A stretch of 64,000 nucleotides of DNA from an uncultured Ruficoccus sp. (lineage in GTDB: Bacteria > Verrucomicrobiota > Verrucomicrobiia > Opitutales > Cerasicoccaceae). Shown here piece after piece: positions 54,966-64,000 of this stretch; position 1 is the stretch's first letter; every line of letters begins with the position of its first letter. A model generated the notes under the pieces. It was not told the origin of the DNA and searched no databases. It was given only the letters and a program-made list of their open reading frames with translations. Location of the stretch: assembly GCA_965140785.1 (NCBI GenBank), contig OZ223473.1:22259-86258 (forward strand), in the 5' to 3' direction. The translations under genes were made by a program, and so were the position numbers.

Positions 54966-55745
54966 ATGAGCTGCACTGTATTTTCCATCGCCAACCAAAA
55001 GGGCGGCGTCGGTAAGACCACCACCGCGATTAATCTCGGCTGGGCCTTGGCCGACCGCAAAGTCCCCACCCTCCTCATTGACCTGGATCCCCAGGCAAAT
55101 GCCACCAGCGCCCTGGGCTTCGAAAAGACGCCCGGCTCCAGCCTCTACGGGGCGCTGCACGGGGACGGCGCCGCCGAGGAGCGCGTCATCGAGACCCGCC
55201 AGAAAAATCTCTTCCTCATCGGAAGCGAGGTGGACCTGGCCGCGATCGAGATCGAGCTGGGCCAGCAGGAGGACTACCTCGTGCGCCTGCGTGAGGTGCT
55301 GAAGCCCCTGCGCGAGAGCGGCAAGTACAGCGCCATCATCCTGGACTGCCCTCCGGCCCTGGGCATGATCTCCATGAACGGTCTCGCCGCCGCCGACTAC
55401 CTGCTGGTCGCCCTTCAGTGCGAGTACCTGGCCATGGAGGGACTCGGTCAGATCATGAACGTGGTCGAGCAGCTCACCAGCGCGGGCGTCAATCCCGGCC
55501 TCTCCGTGGGCGGCGTCCTCATGACCATGTACGACAAGCGCACCAACCTCTCCCGCCAGGTCGTGCAGGAGGTCCGCGAACACCTCGGAGACCTCGTTTT
55601 CGACACCATCATCCCGCGCACCGTGCGCCTCTCCGAGGCCCCGAGCTTCGGCCAGTCGATCTTCGAGTACGAACGCCTCGGCGCCGGTTCCCACGCCTAC
55701 AAGAAGCTGGCCAAGGAGTTCATCAAGCGCTTCGAGCTGAAGTAG
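54966..55745 (+). CDS. ParA/Soj family ATPase
   Basis: NQKGGVGKTTT, DLDPQANAT, DCPP, RLSEAPSFG. Confidence 0.92.
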   Translation: MSCTVFSIANQKGGVGKTTTAINLGWALADRKVPTLLIDLDPQANATSALGFEKTPGSSLYGALHGDGAAEERVIETRQKNLFLIGSEVDLAAIEIELGQQEDYLVRLREVLKPLRESGKYSAIILDCPPALGMISMNGLAAADYLLVALQCEYLAMEGLGQIMNVVEQLTSAGVNPGLSVGGVLMTMYDKRTNLSRQVVQEVREHLGDLVFDTIIPRTVRLSEAPSFGQSIFEYERLGAGSHAYKKLAKEFIKRFELK

Positions 55746-55753
55746 GAAACACG

Positions 55754-56068
55754 ATGAAGGAGGAAGGCCAACTGGCTGCCGTCACGGTTTGGCAAGAACT
55801 CGCCAGGGTCTGTAGAATTTCACTCAGAGTCCTGAGTGTTGTTGCTATAATCCTCTGCGCCATCTTAGGCAAAGAGGGCTTTAAACATCTCTATCCGTGG
55901 GCCTACATTTATGCTGCGGTGTATGTGATCTGCATGGTCTATTTGGTTAATTATGTAGTTTTTACGCACCAAGTCCGTCTGCCCTTTAAAATCGCTACGG
56001 TCTTTTTTCAACTACTCGTCTTCATGATGATCGCCATCCAGATCATCATGAAGCAGATGGCAAATTAG
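55754..56068 (+). CDS. Small AT-rich 3-TM hypothetical protein
   Basis: Fills the parA-rnc gap; three hydrophobic helices; low GC. Confidence 0.55.
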   Translation: MKEEGQLAAVTVWQELARVCRISLRVLSVVAIILCAILGKEGFKHLYPWAYIYAAVYVICMVYLVNYVVFTHQVRLPFKIATVFFQLLVFMMIAIQIIMKQMAN

Positions 56069-56077
56069 CGGCTTTCA

Positions 56078-56767
56078 ATGTCCGACGAACTCCACAGCTT
56101 TCAGCAAAACATCGGCTACACCTTCCGTGAGGGCGAGCTGCTGGAGCGTGCGCTGACGCACCCTTCCCTGCTGTCGGAGGCCTCCGGCCCGCACAACCAG
56201 CGGCTGGAGTTTCTGGGGGATTCGGTGCTCGCACTCATCCTGGCCGAGCAGTTGTTCAAGCTCTTTCCCGGCGAGCGTGAGGGACACCTGGCGCGGGCCC
56301 GTTCGGCGCTGGCCAAGGGCGAGTATCTGGCCGGGATCGCCCGCGAGCTGGGCCTGCCCGCCGTCCTGCGCCTGAGCGAGCAGGAGGAGAAAGCCGGCGG
56401 ACGCGAGCGTTCCTCCAGCCTCGAAGACGCGCTGGAGGCCGTGGTGGCGGCGATTTACCTGGACAGTGATTTTCAAACTGCCCGGCGCGTCGTCCTGCCC
56501 TGGTACGGCGACATCGCCGCCCTGACCGAACAGCTCCTTTGCGAGGACAACCCCAAAGGCCGCCTGCAGGAGCTTGTCCAGGGCACCAATCCCGAGACTC
56601 CGATCGCCTACGAGCTCGTCCACAGCGACGGCCCCGACCACGCCAAGACCTTTATCATGGAGCTGCGAATCGGCGGCAAAGTCTGCGGCATGGGCCAGGG
56701 CCGCTCGAAAAAAGACGCCGAGGAAAACGCCGCCCGCGAGGCCCTGATCAAGCTGGAAAAAGACTGA
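56078..56767 (+). CDS. rnc: Ribonuclease III
   Basis: ALTHPS, NQRLEFLGDSVL, dsRBD GPDHAKTF. Confidence 0.96.
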   Translation: MSDELHSFQQNIGYTFREGELLERALTHPSLLSEASGPHNQRLEFLGDSVLALILAEQLFKLFPGEREGHLARARSALAKGEYLAGIARELGLPAVLRLSEQEEKAGGRERSSSLEDALEAVVAAIYLDSDFQTARRVVLPWYGDIAALTEQLLCEDNPKGRLQELVQGTNPETPIAYELVHSDGPDHAKTFIMELRIGGKVCGMGQGRSKKDAEENAAREALIKLEKD

Positions 56768-56873
56768 GCGCGCCCCCGGTTGGGCGCTTGCCATCGGCCC
56801 GGCGGGTCTTAGGATACCCGGCTTGCCTTGAATAAATCCCGGGCACCCTCTTGCCCAAATCTTCCTTCAACCC

Positions 56874-58703
56874 ATGAGCATCGCCCCCCGCTTCATCCGC
56901 GCCTGCTTGCCCGTCCTCTGCCTGTCTCTGCCACTGGCGGGCTTTCTTAACGCCGATGAGAGTGTAACCGCGCCAAGCATCCCGACTATCGAGCAGCAGT
57001 TGATCGTCGAAGGCCAGCCGGTCGAGGTGACCATCGCGCCCGTTTACGGGGACAAGGATTGGGCCTTTACCGCCCGTTGGGACGACAACAACACCAACCA
57101 CTTCAACATGCAGGCCGCCATGGCCGACAACGGGCTGCGCGGGACATTTTACCTCAACGGCGACTGGGGGGACTATGGCGAAGCCTTCGCCCAGAAATTG
57201 AGCGAAAAGGGGTGCAGTATCGGCGGGCACACCTGCCACCATTATTTCCTGCCCACCCTCACCGCCAACGCCCTCTTTTACGAAATTTTCTTCAACCGCA
57301 TCCAGCGCGAGGCCGACACCGACACCACGCTCAACTCCTTCGCCTTTCCCTATGGCCGCTATCAGGATGCCGCCGAGCCAGCCGCGATGGAGCGCATCAC
57401 CGATGCATGGCTGCGCAGCGGTTATCATCACAATGTTTACGAGATCTTCATCCTGAAAAACCCGCATATGCCCGCCGGTTACGCCTCCACCGGCAATCAG
57501 GTCGTGCCCGGCGACCGCAAAATCGATGCGGATAAGTTCCGCCAGCAGATGGGCAAGATTCTGGACAACCCCGAGCCTTACCGGGCAAAAGCGCCCGCCA
57601 TCAGCCTCGGCGTCCACGCCTGGCAATCGCCCGAGGAAATGGAGAAATTCAAGGAGCTTTTGAGCGAATATGCCGGTCGAGACGACTTCTGGTACACCAA
57701 TCAGACCGAGATGGCCGCTTACTTTTTCCAGGCCGCGCACACCGAAATCACACCCGAGCCCGGCCAACCCGGCCAGTATGCCGTCACCCGTCCGGTTCCG
57801 GGCATAGCCGGGGGTGACATCCCGCTCACCGTGCGCCTGAGCGGCCCGGAACCGGAAGCGGTTTCCCTCGACGGCGAGCCGCTGGATATAACCCCCGGCA
57901 AGGATCCCGGCACCTGGCTGGTCGACCTGCCCTACCCACCTTACCTGCATGCCCCCTGGAAGATCGATTACGTCACCCAGGGACCGGGCTTCGAAGGCCA
58001 TGGCCATACCGCCGCTAAGTTCCCGGACGTCGAAGCCACGCTGAACCCCAAACCGGACGGCGGCTGGCACCTGGAAATCTCTAATCAGGGGCAGGCTCCC
58101 TTAACGGATATCTTCGTCACCGTGCGCCTGCCACTGATGTATAAAAAAGGCGTTTACCGGATCAACATGGGCACGCTGGCTCCCCAATCCAGCTCGGTCG
58201 CCAATATCCCCGCCGTTCCCCTCAACGACGATCCCGCTCTGCGCGACGGACAGCTGTTCGCCGCCGCCGAGATAGATTTCACCCAGAACGGAGACGCCTG
58301 CCGCCTCTACACCGTCTATCTGGGCGAAACTGACGAACAGCCGCTGGACGGAAGCCGCGATGCCGTAGCCAGCGCGGGGCCATTTGCCCCCGATGCTGTC
58401 GGCCCGGCTCAATGGCTCGCTCTGAGCGAGCCGGACGCGACGCTCACGCCGCTCAACGATTCCCCGCTGGGCCAGTGGCGCACGCCCACCGATGAACAGC
58501 GCCCGCTCTTCGCCCGGGACCGTGTGCTGGTTTTCGGCGGAAATGGTGACTGGCGCAAAGCAGCGGCCGAATTTAGCCGCCAGCCGTCCCGTTTCGCGGC
58601 GGTGGGCGAGCTTTCCCTGCCCGAGGCCGCCTCGCTCAAAATCTTCTCCGGCAAGCCGGTCGTTTTCGCCGCCGTGGACGGAGAGGAAATTGATCCGCGG
58701 TAG
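56874..58703 (+). CDS. Secreted polysaccharide deacetylase (NodB-like) domain protein; 3' end probably corrupted
   Basis: ARWDD, GTFYLN, GGHTCHH, FAFPYG. Confidence 0.75.
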   Translation: MSIAPRFIRACLPVLCLSLPLAGFLNADESVTAPSIPTIEQQLIVEGQPVEVTIAPVYGDKDWAFTARWDDNNTNHFNMQAAMADNGLRGTFYLNGDWGDYGEAFAQKLSEKGCSIGGHTCHHYFLPTLTANALFYEIFFNRIQREADTDTTLNSFAFPYGRYQDAAEPAAMERITDAWLRSGYHHNVYEIFILKNPHMPAGYASTGNQVVPGDRKIDADKFRQQMGKILDNPEPYRAKAPAISLGVHAWQSPEEMEKFKELLSEYAGRDDFWYTNQTEMAAYFFQAAHTEITPEPGQPGQYAVTRPVPGIAGGDIPLTVRLSGPEPEAVSLDGEPLDITPGKDPGTWLVDLPYPPYLHAPWKIDYVTQGPGFEGHGHTAAKFPDVEATLNPKPDGGWHLEISNQGQAPLTDIFVTVRLPLMYKKGVYRINMGTLAPQSSSVANIPAVPLNDDPALRDGQLFAAAEIDFTQNGDACRLYTVYLGETDEQPLDGSRDAVASAGPFAPDAVGPAQWLALSEPDATLTPLNDSPLGQWRTPTDEQRPLFARDRVLVFGGNGDWRKAAAEFSRQPSRFAAVGELSLPEAASLKIFSGKPVVFAAVDGEEIDPR

Positions 58704-58945
58704 TTAGCAGCGAGGATAGGGAGAGGGAAATTCCGAGGACCCACGACTTCCGGCCCCGAGCTTCGACGGCCATCAAGGTGTCGACGCCAAGGCAGGTTAG
58801 TTTAACAAGGAAGAACCGCAATTGCTGGTTGTCACTGCCGATGGCCAGCCGGTAATTTGGCTGCCGCCCCGTCGCTTCGATGAAGCCGGGTTACGCTGCC
58901 CGATTCCTTTAAAACCCTGCTCATCACCGGCGCGGCTGAACCCCC

Positions 58946-61900
58946 GTGCCCGCCCTGACCGAGGAGCTGCTGCGCCTCGAAACGGCCCCGGTCACCGTCC
59001 TGCTCGCGCACGAATGGAAGGCCTCGAAAGCTGGACCGACGCGCTGGAGCTGTTCGCCGGTGGAACGAGCGCTCCGTGCCCCGGCTCGAGCGCCTGCCCG
59101 AGCTGGGCAGCCTCGACGAGGACGATCCACGCGCCTTTGAACTGCGTTGCGACGTGATCGCCGCGCTCACCGCCCTGCGCGAGACCGACGGCAGCCCGTC
59201 GTCATCGCGGCCACGCCCGCCGCCTTGCTTCAGCCCTGCCCGGAGCCCAAGGCCATGGCCCGCAGCGAGATCAAGCTCAAGCCCGGCCAGCGTGTTTCCC
59301 TCACCGGCCTGGCTGAGAAACTGGCCGGCGAACTCGCTACGACTCCGAAGCGGTCTGCGAGACGCCCGGCCAGTTCGCCGTGCGCGGCGGCCTGATCGAC
59401 GTGTACCCGCTCAAACGCCCCGGCCCCGCTGCGGATCGACTTCTTCGGCGACGAGGTCGAGTCCATCCGCACCTTTGACCCGACCACCCAGCGCTCGGAA
59501 GAGCCGGTCGAGCGGCTGGTTATCGCCTCGGCCCAGGCCGGGCTGCACACCGGCAAAAAAGCCACTTTTCTCGACTACCTGCCGGAAAAAGTCCGCTGGA
59601 TGCTCCGCCAGCCTGACAAGCTCGAGACGGCCTTCTCCGACCTTTTCCAGATCCCGGAAAACATCGCCGCCCCGTCCCGCAGCTTCCAGACCGTGCTCAA
59701 CCGCCGCGAGGGCAAGGACGACCAGTGGCTGGGCCTGACCGATGTCGAGAGCACGCAGAAGCTTTTTCCCGAGAGCACGGCCGTCCGCCCCGTGGCCTCC
59801 GAATCCCTGGAGGGGTACCGGACCTTTGCCGACACGGACAAGCTCGGCATCGTCCGCGTGGAGGCCGGGAACGAGTCCCGCGCGCGCTTTCTGCGGCAGC
59901 TGGGCCGGGTGGCAGAGCGAGGGCTATCGCCTGCACTTCGTCTGCCGCACCGACGGCGAGGAGACCCGCCTGCGCGAAATCCTTTCCGAGCTGCCCGAGG
60001 CGAAAAAGCTCAAGGCCGACTTCCTGCGCGGCAACCTGCCCGAGGGGTTCCGGCTGGCCGACGAAAACGAAAAGGTCGTCTATGCCACCGAATCCGAGGT
60101 GGCGGGCCGCCAACGGCTCTACGTCAGCCGCCGTCGGCGCAAGCTGCCCGAGCGCCAGCAGGTGGACCAGTTGTTGGACTTTTCCGAGCTGGCCAACGCG
60201 ACTACCTCGTCCACCTCCAGCACGGGGTGTGCATCTTCAGGGGGCTTCAGCGCCTCGATACCGGCGGCAAGGAGGAGGAGGTCATCTCGCTGGAGTTCGA
60301 CGAGGGCATCACCCTGCACGTTCGCCTCCACGAGAGCCACCTGTTGAGCCGTTACGTCGGCCTGACCAAGCGCTCCCCCAAGCTTGGCCGCCTCGGCACC
60401 AACGCCTGGGACAAGACCCGCCGCGCCGCCGAGCGGGCCACCCTCGACCTGGCCGCGCAGCTCCTCTCGCTCCAGGCCGAGCGCAACTCCCGGCCCGGCC
60501 ACGCCTTTTCCGCCGACCAGCCCTGGCAGCACGCCTTTGAGGACGCCTTTCCCTTCCGCGAAACGCCGGACCAGCTCACCGCCATCGACCAGACCAAGGG
60601 CGACATGGAGCGGCCCCAGCCGATGGACCGGCTCATTTGCGGCGACGTCGGCTTTGGCAAGACCGAGGTGGCCCTGCGCGCCGCCATGAAGGCCGTCCTC
60701 GACGGCAAACAGGTCGCCGTCATGCTGCCCACGACGGTCCTGTGCCAGCAGATGTTCAGTAATTTCAAGGAGCGCTTCGCCGACTACCCGATCACGGTAG
60801 AGATGCTCAGCGGCTTCCCGCACCGCCCGCCAGCAGACCGAGATCCGCCGCCAGTTGAAACTGGGCGATATCGACATCATCGTCGGCACGCACAGCTTGC
60901 TGGGCCGCGCCGTGCACTTCCGCGACCTGGGCCTGCTCGTGATCGACGAGGAGCACCGCTTCGGCGTGCGCCAGAAGGAGAAGCTCAAGCTCTTCCGCAA
61001 AGACATCGACGTGCTCAGCATGAGCGCCACGCCCATCCCGCGCACGCTCTACTTCGCGCTCGTCGGGGCGCGTGAAATGAGCGTGATCGAGACACCTCCG
61101 CGCGATCGCCTGCCCATCCAAACCGTGGTCAAGCCCTACGACCCCAAAACCGTCAAGGAGGCGGTCGAATTCGAGGTCAAGCGCGGCGGTCAGGTCTTTT
61201 ACCTGCACAATCGGGTGACCACGATCGACGTCGTCGCCCGCCGCCTGCAGGAGATGCTGCCGGACCTGCGCGTGGCCGTCGGCCACGGCCAGATGGAGCA
61301 GGGCGAGCTGGAGCAGATTATGACGCGCTTCGTGGCCGGGGATTCGACGTGCTCGTGTGCACCACGATCATTGAGTCCGGCCTGGATATCCCCACTGCAA
61401 CACCATCATCATCGAGGGGGCGGACCGCTTCGGGCTGTCACAGCTTTACCAGTTGCGCGGGCGCGTGGGGCGCTTCAACCGGCAGGCTTACGCCTACCTG
61501 CTGCTGCACCGGCACACCCGGCTGCTCGACGTGGCCCGCAAGCGCCTGGGCGCGATCCGGCAGTTCAACCAGCTCGGGGCCGGGTTCCGCATCGCCATGC
61601 GCGACCTGGAGCTGCGCGGAGCCGGAAACATCCTCGGCGCGCAACAGAGCGGCCCACATCGCCGGCGTTGGGTTCGATCTCTACTGCCAACTGCTGCGCC
61701 AGAGCGTGGCCCGGCTCAAGGGCGACAGTACCGCCGCCCTCATCCGCGCCAACGTCCGCTCGACTTCGTGCTGGTGGGCGAATACCGCGAGGGCGACGCC
61801 GCCGCCGAGACGCCCGATCGCTTCCAGGCCCTCAAGGCCGACGAACTAAAGGACGAACGCGGCGAGGTGGTGGAGGCATTTATCCCGACCGGCTACATCG

Positions 61901-62229
61901 GCGAGGCCCGCCTGCGGATCGATTTTTACCGCCGTCTGGCCCTGGCATCGAACCTCGAACAGGTGCCGAGGCCGGAGCCGAAATGAAGGACCGTTTCGGC
62001 CCCTGCCCCGAGCCGGTCGAGTGTCTGCTGAAAATGACGGAAATTCGCTGTCTGGCTGAACGAAACGCATCAGTCTCGTCGAAACAGAAGGTAACCGTCT
62101 CAAATGCGCCGGGCCGACGCCCGCAACGGCGCCTACGTTCAGATCGGCAACCGGTTTCCCCGCTTGACCGCCAAAAAACCGCTGCCTAAGTTGAACGAGA
62201 TAAGAACTTTTCTGAAAATTCACAAATAA
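58946..62229 (+). CDS. mfd: Transcription-repair coupling factor, many apparent frameshifts (start approximate)
   Basis: Fragments in shifting frames: [64 protein letters not shown]. Confidence 0.9.
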
Positions 62230-62277
62230 CCTGATTGGTCTCTATCCTTTCCGGCCCGAGTGCCCTGTTCCCACCTA

Positions 62278-63348
62278 ATGAAAATTTCCACCCTCACCCT
62301 CTGCGCTTGCCTGCTGCCGTGGCGGGCGGGCTGCACGCGCAGCTTGCCCCTCCGAAAAACGACTGGGACGTCAAGTTCACCAACGGCATTGCCGCCCAGG
62401 TGGAAGACAAGATCATCACGCTGGAGGAACTGCGCAAGGAAGTCACCCGCTCATCCCGCAAATCCGGATGAACTCGCGCACACGCTTCGAGTTCGACAAG
62501 AACATTGCCATGGTCACGCGGGAAATTCTCCAGAACCTGGTGGACCGCATCCTCATCATCCGTGACTTTGATGAAAAGGGTGCCCACATCCCCGACACCT
62601 ACCTGCAGAAGGAGTTTGACGACTACATCACCAAGGAGTTCAACGGCGACCGCTCGGCCTTCCTGGAGTACCTGCGCCTGCAGGGCAAAAGCGAGATGGA
62701 CTTCCGCAATGAGCTCAAGGAGGACATCATCGTCTCCTACATGCGCATGCAGTCCCTGCCCTCACAGACCGCCGTCAGCCCCAAGAAAATCGAAGAGTAT
62801 TACCAGAAAAACAAGAGCCGCTACTTCGAAGAGGAAGGCGTCAATCTGAGCATGATCATGCTTGTGCCCATCGCCGGGGAAAACCCCGACCTGCTCCAGC
62901 AGACCGCCGGTGAGATCGTCGAAAAGCTCGAAGCCGGTGAGGAGTTCGCCGAACTGGCCAAAACCTACAGCCAGGACGACCAGCGCGACGAAGGCGGCGA
63001 CTGGGGCTGGATCAGCCGGCCGATCTCATCCCCGAGCTGCCGACGCGGCCTTTGCCTGGAGGAAGGCGAATACTCCCAGGCCGATCAGGTCGCGACTACA
63101 TTTACATCCTTGAGGTGAAGAAAAACGCGCAGCCGGGATCAAGGAACTGGAAAAAGTCCGCGGCGAGATCGAGCAGGAAATCACGCCCAACTCGCCCGCC
63201 AGGCCAGCAACGCTGGATCGAGCGCCTGCGCAAGAACGCTTATATCAAATACTTCATTAAAGAAGCCGGCGGCCTCAAGCAGTCCCCCGGCACCATGCAG
63301 ATGAAGATCGGCGCCGGAGATAGCTCTGACGCCAGTGCCGAAAGCTAG
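62278..63348 (+). CDS. SurA/PpiC-type peptidyl-prolyl isomerase, frameshifted
   Basis: GIAAQVEDKIIT, FAELAKTYSQD, GGDWGW, WIERLRKNAYI; follows mfd. Confidence 0.8.
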
Positions 63349-63368
63349 TGCGTTTAGTTTTTATTCTA

Positions 63369-63470
63369 GCCGCGGATGAAACGCGGATGCACACGGATAA
63401 AATCACTGAACGCTGAAAGGCATCGATCATTTCAAAAGTTTTTTTGTGAATCTTCGTGCCTTTTCGTGGC
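63369..63470. repeat. Imperfect inverted repeat with 10-nt periodic arms
   Basis: CGCGGATGAA ACGCGGATGC ACACGGATAA ... TTTTGTGAAT CTTCGTGCCT TTTCGTGGC. Confidence 0.65.
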
Positions 63471-63483
63471 TGTAATGATGGGT

Positions 63484-64000
63484 TCACGTGCTACTCCTCG
63501 GCCTTGTACGACCATGACGCCTGAGCGCGCTCGGCGTCATACTCACCGTCTCTGGGCTCATACGACAGTCCGCCAACCCCGTAGCCATAGCTGATGTGAT
63601 GGATTTCAGCCGCTGGCCAGTCCGAAACGGGCTTTCGAAAAGTAATTGAATATAGCCGATGAACGGCAGCTGGCGTTCAAAGAAGCTGGGATCGTTCTGC
63701 ACGATCCAGCGGACCGCCGCGTCCTCGTCGCTTTTCCAGGGAACGTCCAGTTTGGCATACTCCTGAAGCAGGCGCAGATACTCCGCCCGCCTCGCGGTAG
63801 GGAATGCCCAGGCGGCTCCGGCAAATCTGCTTGCGCTCACCATCCTCAGGCCTTGGTCATACTTGGCCTCCAGCAGTTCCCAACGCGACCAGTGTTTAGC
63901 GTCCGGACTGTAGCGTACAAACATTTCTCCGATAAAGGGTGCGTTGTCATAGCTTGGCAGATAGGGCAACACCTGCGCGGTGACGCCGACAAAGGCCGTC
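63484..64000 (-). CDS. Hypothetical protein (5' partial, possibly frameshifted)
   Basis: Frame is open to the window edge. Confidence 0.45.
   Translation of the reverse strand, partial: TAFVGVTAQVLPYLPSYDNAPFIGEMFVRYSPDAKHWSRWELLEAKYDQGLRMVSASRFAGAAWAFPTARRAEYLRLLQEYAKLDVPWKSDEDAAVRWIVQNDPSFFERQLPFIGYIQLLFESPFRTGQRLKSITSAMATGLADCRMSPETVSMTPSALRRHGRTRPRSST

Overview
GC-rich bacterial chromosome segment, most likely Verrucomicrobiota/Opitutia (five PEP-CTERM genes, an OmcB-like DUF11 lipoprotein, PVC-type gene order); the taxonomy is inferred. Most of it is housekeeping: batD/E, dnaX, ffs, nusA-infB-rbfA, rlmN, cysS, thrS, hisS, a phoH-HD-ybeY-recO operon, trpB, sdhCAB, priA, nadA, rnc, mfd and two tRNAs. 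Highlights: (1) a compact divergent ribbon-helix-helix (RHH) / RHH-nuclease module with an excisionase-like HTH gene and no mobility genes (13.66-15.33 kb); (2) an orphan Nif11-like gene with a candidate sigma-54 promoter; (3) an A9 slippage site in dnaX; (4) c-di-AMP components (riboswitch before a Ktr/Trk K+ channel, PgpH-like enzyme); (5) several families of structured intergenic repeats, including two inverted ~240-bp composite copies whose hairpins are conserved while sequence differs. Scattered frameshifts, a G24 run in sdhA and dense indels beyond ~58.7 kb most likely reflect sequencing or assembly error. All calls are from reading motifs; no searches were run.
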